A stretch of 64,000 nt of DNA from Mobula hypostoma (GCF_963921235.1 NC_086108.1:18104001-18168000); one strand, 5' to 3'. Positions 38,823-52,420 are shown, counted from the first letter of the stretch. The notes: generated by a model not told the origin, from the letters alone. Numbers and translations are program-made.

Positions 38823-41262
38823 AACTGAAGGAAGAGTGAGTAAGGGATTTGAAAGTTGGAGGGGGAGGGGGAGATCCAAAATGATAGGAGAAGACAGGAG
38901 GGGGAGGAATAGAGCCAAGAGCTGGACAGGTGATAGGCAAAAGGGGATACGAGAGGATCATGGGACAGGAGGTCCGGGAAGAAAGACAAGGAGGGGGGCG
39001 GGGACCCAGAGGATGGGCAAGAGGTATATTCAGAGGGACAGAGGGAGAAAAAGGAGAGTGAGAGAAAGAATGTGTGCATAAAAATAAGTAACAGATGGGG
39101 TACGAGGGGGAGGTGGGGACAGCGGAAGTTAGAGAAGTCGATGTTCATGCCATCAGGTTGGAGGCTACCCAGACGGAATATAAGGTGTTGTTCCTCCAAC
39201 CTGAGTGTGGCTTCATCTTTACAGTAGAGGAGGCCGTGGATAGACATGTCAAAATGTGAATGGGATGTGGAATTAAAATGGGAATGGGATGTGGAATTAA
39301 AATGTGTGGCCACTGGGAGATCCTGCTTTCTCTGGCAGACAGAGCGTAGATGTTCAGCAAAGCGGTCTCCCAGTCTGCGTCGACTCGCCAATATATAAAA
39401 GGCCACATCGGGAGCACCGGACGCAGTATATCACCCCAGTCGACTCACAGGTGAAGTGTTGCCTCACCTGGAAGGACTGTTTGGGGCCCTGAATGGTGGT
39501 AAGGGAGGAAGTGTAAGGGCATGTGTAGCACTTGTTCCGCTTACACGGATAAGTGCCAGGAGGGAGATCAGTGGGGAGGGATGGGGGGGACGAATGGACA
39601 AGTGAGTTGCGTAGGGAGTGATCCCTGCGGAATGCAGGGGGGGGGAGGGAAAGATGTGCTTAGTGGTGGGATCCCGTTGGAGGTGGCGGAAGTTACGGAG
39701 AATAATATGTTGGACCTGGATGCTGGTGGGGTGGTAGGTGAGGACCAGGGGAACCCTATTCCTAGTGGGGTGGCGGGAGGATGGAGCGAGAGCAGATGTA
39801 CGTGAAATGAGGGAGATGCGTTTAAGAGCAGAGTTGATAGTGGAGGAAGGGAAGCCCCTTTCTTTAAAAAAAGGAAGACATCTCCCTCGTCCTAGAATGA
39901 AAAGCCTCATCCTGAGAGCAGATGTGGTGGAGACGGAGGAATTGCGAGAAGGGGATGGCGTTTTTGCAAGAGACAGGGTGAGAAGAGGAATAGTCCAGAT
40001 AGCTGTGAGAGTCAGTAGACTTATAGTAGACATCAGTGGATAAGCTGTCTCCAGAGACAGAGACAGAAAGATCTAGAAAGGGGAGGGAGGTGTCGGAAAT
40101 GGACCAGGTAAACTTGAGGGCAGGGTGAAAGTTGGAGGCAAAGTTAATAAAGTCAACGAGTTCTGCATACGCGCAGGAAGCAGCGCCAATGCAGTCGTCG
40201 ATGTAGCGAAGGAAAAGTAGGGGACAGATACCAGAATATGCACGGAACATAGATTGTTCCACAAACCAACGAAAAGGTAGGCATAGCTAGGACCCATACG
40301 GGTGCCCATAGCTACACCTTTAGTTTGGAGGAAGTGGGAGGAGCCAAAGGAGAAATTATTAAGAGTAAGGACTAATTCCGCTAGACGGAGCAGAGTGGTG
40401 GTAGAGGGGAACTGATTAGGTCTGGAATCCAAAAAGAAGCGTAGAGCTTTGAGACCTTCCTGATGGGGGATGGAAGTATATAAGGACTGGACATCCATGG
40501 TGAAAATAAAGCGGTGGGGGCCAGGGAGCTTAAAATCATCGAAAAGTTTAAGAGCGTGAGAAGTGTCACGAACATAGGTCGGAAAAGATTGAACAAGGGG
40601 TGATAAAACCGTGTCGAGGTATGCAGAAACGAGTTCGGTGGGGCAGGAGCAAGCTGAGGCAATAGGTCGGCCAGGACAGGCAGGTTAGCAAGCTGAGACA
40701 ATAGGTCGGCCAGGACAGGCAGGTTAGCAAGCTGAGACCCGACGCAGACTGGGAGACCGCTTTGCTGAACATCTACGCTCTGTCCGCCAGAGAAAGCAGG
40801 ATCTCCCAGTGGTCACACATTTTAATTTCACATCCCACTCCCATTCTGACATGTCTATCCACGGCCTCCTCTACTGTAAAGATGAAGCCACACTCAGGTT
40901 GGAGGAACAACACCTTATATTCCGTCTGGGTAGCCTCCAACCTGATGGCATGAACATCGACTAAGGCCCCACTTCCCCCTCGTACCCCATCTGTTACTTA
41001 TTTTTATGCACACATTCTTTCTCTCACTCTCCCTTTTCTCCCTCTGTCCCTCTGAATATACCTCTTGCCCATCCTCTGGGTCCCCGCCCCCCTCCTTGTC
41101 TTTCTTCCCGGACCTCCTGTCCCATGATCCTCTCGTATCCCCTTTTGCCTATCATCTGTCCAGCTCTTGGCTCTATTCCTCCCCCTCCTGTCTTCTCCTA
41201 TCATTTTGGATCTCCCCCTCCCCCTCCAACTTTCAAATCCCTTACTCACTCTTCCTTCAGTT

Positions 41263-41298
41263 AGTCCTGACGAAGGGTCTCTGCCTGAAACGTCGACT
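41263..41298 (+). ncRNA. Minimal type I hammerhead ribozyme motif
   Basis: AGTC-CTGACGA-AGG(gtctctg)CCT-GAAAC-GTC-GACT; complete core, stems I and II, palindromic ACGT stem III. Confidence 0.75.
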
Positions 41299-43722
41299 GC
41301 ACCTCTTCCTACAGATGCTGCCTGGCCTGCTGCGTTCACCAGCAACTTTGATGTGTGTTGCTTGAATTTCCAGCATCTGCAGAATTCCTGTTGTTTCCTT
41401 ATGTTTTTGGTTTGCTTTACTCATTTTCCACTGAGTCCCATGAGGAAAATCATGGGCAGGCTCACGCTGTTCTACTTGGTGTCAATGTTTGGCAGTCAGT
41501 GGGCTGCTGGGGTCGTCCTCCCCGCAAGCTTTCCATGGATTTGTGACTGCCGTGGTGTTTTTTCTTGTTTTATACGTCATAGAGTTGTACAGCATGGAAA
41601 TAGGCCCTTCAGTTCAACTCGCCGATGACCATGTGCGACATCCATCATCGAAGATCCTCACCATCTGGACCATGTCATCTTCTCGCAGATACCATCGGCA
41701 GGACATATAGAAGCCTGAAGTCCCGCACCACTAGGTTCAGGAACAGCTACTTCCTTTCAACCATTTGGTTCTTCAACCAGCCTGCACAACCCTAATCACC
41801 GCCTCAGTATGATGACAACACTTTTTTAAAAAAAGAGAGATTCTGCAAAATGCTGGAAATCCAGAGCAACACGCACGAAATGCTGGAGGAACTCAGCAGG
41901 TCATGCAGCACCTATGGAGAGGAATAAGTAGTTAACATATCCGTCTAGGACTCTTAGATTTTCTAACTTCAAAACATTAAAGTAATTCAAAGGAAGACAT
42001 GGGAGCCTGAAATGTGAGTCTAGCTTTGTGGTTACTTTAAGCGAGGTGCGCGCATATCACGTGGCAGCATCATGACATGTGCAATTCACATATTTATAAT
42101 CCATAATGAATTATTTAAACAAACAAGAATGCTTAATCAACATATATACATACAAAATTACTCAAATATTACTGAAATATTAAATATAAAAGGGACCCTT
42201 CATCAGGACTGGGATCAATGACACCATGACTACTTTGCATTACAATGGAATTTGTTTATGTTCTAATTGTTTTTTCTTGTATGGTTTTGGGTAATTTTGT
42301 TTTTCTTGTGAATACTGTGTCTTTAATGCTATGTTCCCATGATACGGCTGCAAGTAAACATTTCTTTGTAGTTGGTACATGACAAACAAGCTGACTTTGA
42401 ATTGGAGCTGGTCCCATTTGCCTGCATTAGCCCTTATCCTTCTAAGCCTTTCCTATTCATGGACCTGTCCAAGTGCCTTTTAAGCATTGCCTTTGTCTGC
42501 TCCTCTATCACTGCATTCTACACTCCTACCACCCTCTGTGTGTAAACTTTGCACTCAGGTCCACATTAAATCATCTCCCTTTCACTTTTAACCTACGCCC
42601 TCTAATTTTAGACTCCCCTGCCCTGCGAGGAAGACTGGAACATCCATCTTATTTGCACTTGTCCTAGTACTGTATACATGTAACTGGGGGATATCTTAAA
42701 TTAGTTGAAGTGGATTACAATAATTTTTTAAAAATACATCTCCTTTAAAATATATTGCTCATATCATATAAGAATCAGGAGTATGCAGTGAAATGAACAA
42801 AAATTAATCAATGATACAAGGAGCAGTGAATTGGGAATCAGAGACTGGAATATGATCTCCAAGGGTGAATCTTGCAGATTCTGGAAACCGGAAATATAAT
42901 TCTGGTATAGGGCAGCATCTTTGAAGGGAGAAGCAGAGTTGCCATTTCAGGTCGGCGATGCATTGTAAATTCCATGAGAGTGTATGTTATTCCATTGCTC
43001 AAATTCTGTCAGGATGAATTTCTGCAACCTAATTGTTGGTAATTTTGAGGTGCCTCTACTTGGGGTAGCACAAAGTGTAGACAGATATTTTACATCAAAT
43101 GGATGCACCCCCAATCTTGCACACTTCTGGATCAGGTACAACTTGCTCTGGCTATCTCAAAGCAGCCTTCCAAGTCTGGAACCTGGGACAGGACTCTCTC
43201 CGAACTGCAGCTTCTCCCTCTGGGAAATTTGTTTATTATTGTCACCAGTAGCAAGGTACAGTGAAAAGCTTCTGTTTTGTGCAATCCAGACTGATCAGGA
43301 GTGCATCCAGGTGGTACAAAAGGCAAAACAAAACAGAATGTAGAATATATTGTTACAGTTTCAACAAAAGTGCAGCCAAATATAGTGCAAGGGCAATGAT
43401 GTGGTAGATTGTGAGATCATTTTTCCATAGCAAACATCCTTTTAGCAGCAGGTTAAAAGCTGTCCTTGAACCTGATAGTGCATGTTGGATCTTGTGTGTG
43501 ATATACGAGGGGAGAAGAGAGAACAACTGGGTTGGGAAGGGTTTGCTTTCCTGAGGCAGCGAGAAATAGAGACAGGGTCAATCGAAGTGAGGCTGTTTTT
43601 TTTTGTGATGGACTGGGCAAAGTTCACAGCTCTCTGCAGCATCTTGTGGTTTTGGAGAGAGCAGATGCCATACCAAACTGTGGTTCTCCCGGATAGAATG
43701 TTTTCTTTGCATCTATAGAAAT

Positions 43723-45070
43723 AGACCAAAACATCATAAGACAAAGGAGCAGAAGTCGGCCATTCGGCCCATTGAGTATGCTCCACCATTTTATCATGAG
43801 CTGATCCATTCTCCCATTTAGTTCCGCTCCCCCGCCTTCTCACCATAACCTTTGATGCCCTGGCTATTCAGATACCTATCAATCTCTGCCTTAAATACAC
43901 CCAATGACTTGGCCTCCACTGCTGCCCATGGCAACAAATTCCATAGATTCACCACCCTCTGACTAAAAAAATTTCTTCACATTTCTGTTCTGAACGGGCG
44001 CCCTTCAATCCTTAATTCATGCCCTCTCGTACTAGACTCCCCCATCATGGGAAACAACTTTGCCACATCCACTCTGTCCATGCCTTTCAACATTCGAAAT
44101 GTTTCTGAGGTTTCCCCTCATTCTTCTAAACTCCAAGGAATGCAGTCCAAGAGCGGACAAACGTTCCTCATATGTTAACCCTCTCATTCCCGGAATCATT
44201 CTAGTGAATCTTCTCTCCAACGTCAGCACATCCTTTCTTAAATAAGGAGACCAAAACTGCCCACAGTACTCCAAGTGAGGTCTCACCAGCACCTTATCGA
44301 GCCTCAACATCACATCCTTGCTCCTATACTCTATTCCTCTGGAAATGAATGCCAACATTGCATTCGCCTTCTTCACCACCGACTCATCCTGGAGGTTAAC
44401 CTTAAGGGTATTCTGTACGAGGACTCCCAAGTCCCGTTGAATCTCAGAACTTTGAATTCTCTCCCCATTTAAATAATAGTCTGCCTGTTTATTTCTTCTG
44501 CCAAAGTGCATAACCATACACTTTCCAACATTGTATTTCATTTGCCACTTCTTTGCTCATTCTTCCAATCTATCCAAGTCTCTCTGCAGACTCTCTGTTT
44601 CCTCAGCACTACTGGCCCCTCCACCTATCTTCGTATCATCAGCAAACTTAGCCACAAGGCCATCTATTCCATAATCCAAATCGTTTAGAAATTTCGAATG
44701 TTGAAAGGCATGGTCAGAGTGGATGTGGCAAAGTTGTTTCCCATGATGGGGGAGTCTAGTACGAGAGGGCACGACTTAAGGATTGAAGGGCGCCCATTCA
44801 GAACAGAAATGTGAAGAAATTTTTTTAGTCAGAGGGTGGTGAATCTATGGAATTTGTTGCCATGGGCAGCAGTGGAGGCCAAGTCATTGAGTGTATTTAA
44901 GGCAGAGATTGATAGGTATCTGTGTAGCCAGGGCATCAAAGGTTATGGTGAGAAAGCGGGGGAGTGGGACTAAATGGGAGAATTGATCAGCTCATGATAA
45001 AATGGTGGAGCAGACTCGATGGGCCGAATGCCCGACTTCTGCTCCTTTGTCTGAAGGACTTATGGTCTTA
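43723..45070. mobile_element. CR1 with inverted duplicated 3' end (minus 43723-44685, plus 44686-45070)
   Basis: CR1 3' UTR and tail at both ends; FADDTK and LVRPHLEYC on minus. Confidence 0.88.
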
Positions 45071-45139
45071 CTTTGTCGGTTGCAATTGTGACTGCGCACA
45101 CTTCTCTTCCCTAGCACCCTTGAGTGTCCGGTATACTGC

Positions 45140-46713
45140 TGATGTCTTCCTTTTTGGAATATACCTGTTTTGCACCTTCCTCACTTCTCGCATAAACTCC
45201 AGCCACTGCTGCTCTGCTGTCCTTCCCGCCAGTGTCCCTTTCCAGTCAACTTTGGCCAGTTCCTCTCTCATGCCACTATAATTTCCTTTACTCCTCTGAA
45301 ATACTGACACATCGGATTACAGCTTCTCTTGTTCAAATTTCACAGTGAACTCAATCATGTTATGATCACTGTCTCCTAAGGGTTCCTTCACCTCAATCTC
45401 TCTAATCACCTCCGGTTCATTACACAGTACCCAATCCAGTACAGCCGATCCCCTAGTGGGCTCAACAACAAGCTGTTCTAAAAAGTCATCTCGCAGACAT
45501 TTTACAAATTCTCTCTCTTGAGGTCCGGTGCTGACCTGATTTTCTCAATCCACTCACATGTTAAAATTCCCTACAATTATCATAACAAGCCTTTTCTACT
45601 TCCTGTTGTAATTTGTAGTCCACATCACTGCAGCTGTTTGGAGGCCTGTATACAACTGCCATCAGGGTCCTTTTACCCTGCGATTTCTCAGCTCAACCCA
45701 TAAAGATTCTGCACCTTCCGATCCTATGTCACCTCTGTCTAATGATTTAATAGCATTTCTTACCAATGAAGCCACGCCACCCCCTCTGCCTACCTTCCTA
45801 TCCTTCTGATGCACCGCGTATCCTTGGATGTTCAGCTCCCAGAGACATGCATCCTTTAGCCACGTCTCAGTGATGGGCAAATATCATACCTGCCAATCTG
45901 TAGCTGTATGACAAGATCATCCATCTCATTCCTTATGCTGCGTGCATTTAAGTATAACACCTTAAGACCAGTATTTGGTACTTTTCGCTTTGATTTCACT
46001 GCAACGTTATTGCACTGCAACTCATCCCAATGGCTACAAATTTGCCCCATCACCTGCCTGTCTTTCCTGACATCTTTACTGCTCACTATCTTAGATTTAT
46101 TTCTGTTTTCCCCTTCCTCCGCTCTATCATTCTGGTTCCTATCCCCCTGCCAAATTAGTTTAAACCCTCCCTAACAGCTCTATTAAACCTTCCCGCCAGG
46201 ATATTGGTCCCCTTCGGGTTCAGGTGTAACCTGTCCATTTTGAACAGGTCATACTTCCCCCAGAAGAGATCCCAATAATCCAAGAATCTGAAGCCCTGCC
46301 CCCTGCACCAGTCTCTCAGCCACACATTTATCTGCCTGATCCTACTATTCTTGCCCTCGCTAGCACGTGGCACAGGTAGCAATCCCGAGATTACTACCCT
46401 GGAGGTCCTGCTTCTCAGCTTCCTTCCTAACTCCCAGAAATCTCTCTTCAGGACCTCCTCCTTTGTCCTATCTATGTCATTGGTACCAACATATACCAAG
46501 ACAACTGGCTGCTCACCCTGCCCCTTCAGAATATTCTGGACCCAATCCAAGACATCCCGTACCCTGGCACCTGGGAGGCAACCCACCATGCGAGTATCTC
46601 TATCAGGCTCACAGAATCTCCTGTCTGTTTCCCTGACTACGGAATCCCCTATGACTACCGCATTCCTTTTCTCCCTCCTTGCATCCTGTACAACAGCGCC
46701 AGGCTCAGTGCCT
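45140..46713 (-). mobile_element. CR1 5' portion: ORF1 esterase-like (SGNH) domain and ORF2 endonuclease
   Basis: CLPGARVRDV, VGTNDI, DRLHLN (46155-46589); LYLNARSIRN, ITETWL. Confidence 0.9.
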
Positions 46714-47365
46714 GGCTTGATTGGTGAGGGTCTTTGGGGACATGTCAGATTCCTTTAGCCTTCTGGGGAAGTAGAGGCACTGGTGTGCTTTCTTGGCCAA
46801 GGTGTCTACATGGCTGGAGCAGAATACATTGTTGGTAATATTTAGGTGTAGGAAATGAGGAGTTTTGTAGTAATTTGTTTAGTTTTTCAACTTCTACAGC
46901 AACTTCCGTTCTTTCTTTTCCAATAGGTTCAATTTAATGTCAGAGAAATGTATACAATATACATCCTGAAATTCTTTTTCTTTGGAAACATCCACAAAAA
47001 CGGAGTAGTGCCCCAAAGAGTGAATGACAGTTAAATGTTAGAACCCCGAAGCTCTCCCTCCCACGCATAAACAGCAGCAAAGTGACAACCCCCTACCCCC
47101 AGCAAAAAAAGCATCTGCACCCTCCACCGAGCACTTAAGTGTGCAGCAAAGCATCAATAAAAACACAGACTACTTGTTCACCCAGTAATTCAACATACCA
47201 CAGGCTCTCTCTCTCTAATAAGGGAGACGAGGTGTCCCCGTTATTACTACTCTTATTAGATACCTTTGACACTGTAGCAACAATCCACACTTAGAACAAA
47301 TTTGATTTGGCTAAGACATCCAGTATCAGAATGCAGTGGAAAAACTACAGTTCCAACCATCTGTT

Positions 47366-49645
47366 TAAGACCATAAGACATAGAAGCAGATTTAAAGCAA
47401 TATGGCCTAATTTTGCTCCACCATACAATCATGGCTGACTTTTTTTCTCCTACTCAACCCCATTTCCCAGACTTCTCCCCATTACCTTTGGTGCTATGTC
47501 CAGTCAAGAACCTATCTATCTCTGCCTTAAATACCCCCAACGGCCTGGCCTCCACAGCTGCATGTGGCAACAAATTCCACAAATTCACCACCCTCTGGCT
47601 AAAGAAATTTCTCTGCATCTCTGTTTTGAATGGACACCCTATATCCTGAGGCTGTGCCCTCTTGTCCTTGACTCTCCCAGCATAGGAAACATCCTTTCCA
47701 CATCTGCTCTGTCTAGGCCATTCAACATTAAAAAGGTTTCAATGAGATCTCCCTCATCCTTCTGAATTCCAGCAAGTTACGACCTAGAGTCATTAAACGT
47801 TCCTCATTTGATAATTCTTTCATTCCTGGAATCATCCTAGTGAACCTCCTCTGGATCCTCTACAATGTCAGCACATCTTTTCTAATATGATGCGCCCAAA
47901 ACTGTTTACAATACTCAAGGTGAGGCCTCACCAATACCTTATAAAGTCCAGTATCACATCCTTGCTCTTGTATTCTAGATTTCTTGAAATGAATACTAAC
48001 ATGGCATTTGCCTTCCTCACCACCGACTCAACCTGGAAGTTAACCTTCAGGGTGTTCTGCACAAGGACTCCCAAGTCCCTTTGCATCTCAGATTTTTGGA
48101 TTTTCTCCTTGTTTAGAAATAGTCCGCTCATTTATTTCTACTACCAAAGTGCATGGCCATGCATTTCCAACATTATATTTCATTTGCCACTTTCTTGCCC
48201 ACTCTCTTAATCTGTCTAAGTCCTTCTGCATATACCTGCTTCCTTAACACTACCTGTCCCTCCACCAATCTTCATATCATCTGCAAACTTGGCAACAAAA
48301 CCATCTATTTCATCATCTAAATCATTTATACACAGCATAAAAAGAAGTGGTCCCAACACCGACCCCTGTGGAACACCACTAGTCACTGGCAGCCAACTAG
48401 ACAAGGATCCTTGTATTCCCCCTTGCTGCCTTCTTCCAATCAGCCAATGCTCTAGCCATGTTAGTAACTTTCCTGTAATACCACGGGCTCTTAACTTGGT
48501 AAGACGATAAGACTAAGGAGCAGAAGTCAGCTATTTGGCCCATCAAGTAAGCAGTCCCATGTGTGGCACTTTGTCAAAGGTCTTCTGAAAGTCCAAATAT
48601 ACAACATCCACTGCATCCCCTTTATCTATCCTACTTGTAATCCCCTCAAAGAATTCCAGCAGGTTCATCAGGCAGGATTTTCCCTGAAGGAAACCATGCT
48701 GACTTTGTCCTATCTTGTCCTGTGTCGCTAAGTACTCCATCAATGCATCCTTAACAATTAACTCTAACATCTTCCCAAACACTGGGGTCGGGCTAATGGG
48801 TAGGGACAGGTGGTATTAAGGCTATAATTTCCATTCTGCTTTCTTCCTCCTTTCTTAAAGAGTGGAGTAACATTTGCAATTTTCCAGTCCTCTGGCACTA
48901 TGCTGGAGTCCAATGATTTTTGAAAGATCATTGCTAATGCTGCCACAATCTCTAATGCTACCTCTTCCAGAACCCTAGGGTGCAGTTTATCTAGTCCGGG
49001 TGACTTGTGTAGCTTTAGGTCTTTCAGTTTTTTGAATACCATCTCACTTGTAATAGTAACTGCACCCACTTCTCTTCCTTCACACATGTTTGGCACACTG
49101 CTAGTGTCTTCCACAGTAAAGACTGATGCAAAATACATCAGCCATCTCTTTGTCCCCTGCCTCATTTTCTAGGGGTCATATATCTACTCTCATTTCTCTT
49201 TTTAATTTTTTTTCACATACTTCAAAAAGCTTTTACTATCCACTTTGATATTATTTGTGAGCATGCTTTCATATTTCATCTTTTCCCTTCTAATGATTCT
49301 TTTAGTTGCTCTTTGTAGGTTTTTAAAAACTTCCCAATCCTCGATCTTCCCACTAATTTTTACTTTGTTGTATGCCCTCTTTTTTGTTTTCATATTAGCT
49401 TTGACTTCCCTTGTCAGCCACGGTTGTACTATATGCCATTTGAATATTACTTGATTTTTGGAATGCACATGTTTTGCACCTTCCTCAATTTTCCCAGAAA
49501 CGCACATCATTGCTGCTCTGCTGACATCTCTGCCAGCATTTCCTTCCAATTTACTTTGGTCAACCCCTCTCTCATCCCACTGTAATTTTCCTTACTCCAC
49601 TGAATTACTGCTACATCAGACTACTTTCTCCATATCAAACTTCAA
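47366..49645 (-). mobile_element. Decayed CR1 LINE
   Basis: [29 protein letters not shown] fragments; taagaccataagac tail. Confidence 0.9.
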
Positions 49646-50084
49646 GCATAAGAGACCAAGATAGCTATTGAGGCCAGTAGATAAATATTGGCAAATACTT
49701 AATTTAATTAATGGAAGGTCTGCCCACATGTATTAACTATTTATTGGTATATTGAACATTCGCTCATAAGTGTGCTTATTGACATTGCAACGTTAAATCA
49801 ATTGTTGGTATGTCTATTGGTTTGTAAAAATAAGTTATTAACAAGTTTATAGGTTTGTTGCAAAATTCAGCGCAATGTTTAAGAGGCATTTAGAAAGGCA
49901 TATGAATAAGCAGGGAATGAAGGGATTTGGGCCTGATGCAAATAAACAGGATTATTTTAAATTGGCCTCATGTTCAGTCATCATGGACTATAGGTCCTGT
50001 TCATTCCTCCTTCCCATTCTACTATTGTCCACTCCGCTGTCCTCTCAGATAAACTTTCCCACCCACCTGACTTTACCCATCACC

Positions 50085-51456
50085 AACAAGAGAAAATCTG
50101 CAGATGCTGGAAATCCAAGCAATACATACACAATGCTAAAGGAACTCAGCAAGCCAGGCAGCATCTATGGAAAAAAGTACAGTCAATGTTTCGGGCCAAA
50201 ACCCTTCAGCAGGTCTGTAGAAAAAAAGCTGAAATTTGGAAGGTGGGGGAAGGGAAGAGAGAAACACCAGGCGATAGGTAACACTTGGAGGGGGAGGGAT
50301 GCAGCATAAAGCTAGGAAGTTGACTGGTGAAAGAGACAGAAGGATATGAAAGAAAGAAAAAGGGAGTGGAGGAGCACCAGAAGGAGGTATTGAGCAGGCA
50401 AGGAGATAACACGAGAGAGGGAAAAGTGGATGGGAAATGTTGGGGGGTGGTGAGTGGAGGCATTATTGAAAGTTTGAGAAATTGAAGTTCATGCCATCAA
50501 TTTGGAGACTACCCAAATGGAATATAAGGTATTGTTCCTCCAACCTAAGTGTGGCCTTATTCCGCCATCTCCAACAATCCCACCACCAAACACATCTTTC
50601 CCTCCCTTCCCCCCCCTACACTTTCTGCTTTCCACAGGGATATCCCTTGTCCATTTGTCCCTCCCCACTGATCTCCCTCCTGGTACTTATCCCTGCAAGT
50701 GGAACAAGTGCAACAGCTACCCCAACACCACCTCCCTCACTACCATTCAAGGCCCCAAACAGTCCTTCTAGGTGAGGCAACACTTCACCTTTGAGTCTGT
50801 TGGGGTCATATACTATGTTCGGTCCTCCTGGTGTGGCCTCTCAAATATCGGTGAGAATCAACGTAGATTAGGAGATGGCTTTGTTGAGCATCTATGCTCC
50901 GTCCACCAGAACAAGCGGGTTCTCCCAGTGGCTACCCATTTTAATTCCACGTCCCATTCCCATTCCAATACAACCAGCCACAGCCTCCTCCACTGTCATG
51001 ATAAGGCCACACTTAGGTTGGAGGAACAACACCTTGTATTCCATTTGGCTAGCTTCCAACTGATGGCATGAACATCGATTTCTCTAACTTCCAGTAATGC
51101 CTCCACCACCCCCCTCCCCTTCACCATTTCCCATCCCTTGTCCCTCTCTCTTGTTATCTCCTTGCCTGCCCATTGCCTCCCTCTGATACTCCTCCACTCT
51201 TTCTTCCATGGCCTTCTGTCTCTTTCACCAATCAACTTCCTAGCTGCTGGCTTCATTCCTCCCCCTCCAAGATACACCTATCGCCTGATGTTTCTTTCTC
51301 CCTTCCCCCCCCCACCCACCCCCCAGCTTCCAAATCTACTCCTCAGCTTTTTATCTCCAGTCTTGAAGGGTTTCAGTCCAAAATGTCGACTGTACTTTTT
51401 TTTCCCATAGATTCTGCCTGGCCTGCTGAGTTCCTCCAGCATTTTGTGTGTGTTGC
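50085..51456. mobile_element. Older Penelope derivative with inverted arms (minus ~50085-50560, plus ~50560-51456)
   Basis: VIYYVRSSWCGLSNIGENQRRLGDGFVEH (GIY-YIG); pLTR sequence at both ends with decayed hammerhead cores. Confidence 0.85.
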
Positions 51457-51659
51457 TCACCTGTCACCTTCCAACTCTTTCTCCTCCCCCCACCTTTTGA
51501 ATCAGGCATCTCCCCCCGTTCCCCCTCAGTCCCGAACAAGTGTCCCTGCCCAAACATCGACTGTTTACTCTTTTCCACAGTTGTTGTTAATTACTGGAAT
51601 AATTTGCTGAAATTACCTTTCATCTGTTAAATTGTTCACTAACCTGATTAATGGTTTCT

Positions 51660-52420
51660 TAACAATAATAATATTAACTTTATTTATATAGCACCTTTCA
51701 TACATTAAGATGCAATCTCAAAGTGTTTCACATAGATTGTAAATTCTAGGTAATAAAATGTAATGAAATATACCAAATTATGTAAATATAATTAATATCA
51801 ACAGGCATTAAGTAATCCTATAAATTGGCCAAATTAAAAAAGCAGATTTTTTGAAGTGGTTTGAAATGTTTCACAGTATTAGCCCCTTGTATCTCAGTAT
51901 TCCACAATTTCTGGTGCTTAAGAGCAAAAGGCCACATCACCAGTTCTTGTCTGCTTAGCTCTGGGGAAACTAAGCAAACCAGTATTCATGTATCTAAGAC
52001 TATGACTAGGGATGTAAGGGGATGGACACTCCAAAACATACGGAGGAGCTGGACTATTCAGAGCCTTGTACACAATTCAGAGTAGTTTAAAATTGATCCT
52101 AAAGGACACAGACTGCCAGCGCAAGGATGCCAGATTTTCTTTTTTGTTTAAGATTCCTGCTGCTGCACTTTGAACAAGCTGCAGCGAATTTATATCTTAG
52201 GCAGTCCTAAAAAAAAGTGCATTACAGTAGTCTAATTGGCTAAAACAAAAGCCTGCATCAATTTTTCTGCATCTTGAGATGTTATAAGAAATTGACCTTT
52301 TGCATGTTTCAATAATGAAAGAATGCAGTCTTAATAATATGGTTAAAATATGATTTGAAATTCAGCTCAGAGTTAATAATAGCACCTAAGATTTTACTTC
52401 TGGCTTGATTTGAAAGGCCA
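51660..52420 (-). mobile_element. L2-clade LINE 3' fragment
   Basis: DAEKLMQAFV..LDYCNALF..LQLVQSAAA remnant; 3' end tttatttatatagcacctttc...aaagtgtttcaca. Confidence 0.75.

Larger units (their letters stand above)
38725..41394 (-). mobile_element. Penelope-like element (RT and GIY-YIG remnants) with inverted terminal arm and 15-bp TSD
   Basis: MDVQSLYTSIPH, GVAMGTRMGPSYA, LRYIDD, LRLEEQHLIFRLG; strand switch at ~40740; TSD ttccttatgtttttg at 38710-38724 and 41395-41409. Confidence 0.92.
43235..46860 (-). mobile_element. Rex1-type fragment (43235-43722 and ~46720-46860) split by a rearranged CR1 insert
   Basis: FYRCKENILSGRTTVWYG..LQRAV; the sequence atagaaat resumes as tggtgagggtc at ~46721. 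Confidence 0.7.

Noticed and set aside
41952..42192. ~240-bp AT-rich insert splitting a Penelope pLTR, possibly a small solo LTR
   Set aside because: TG...CA ends are not preserved and the ggac duplication is too short to classify it.
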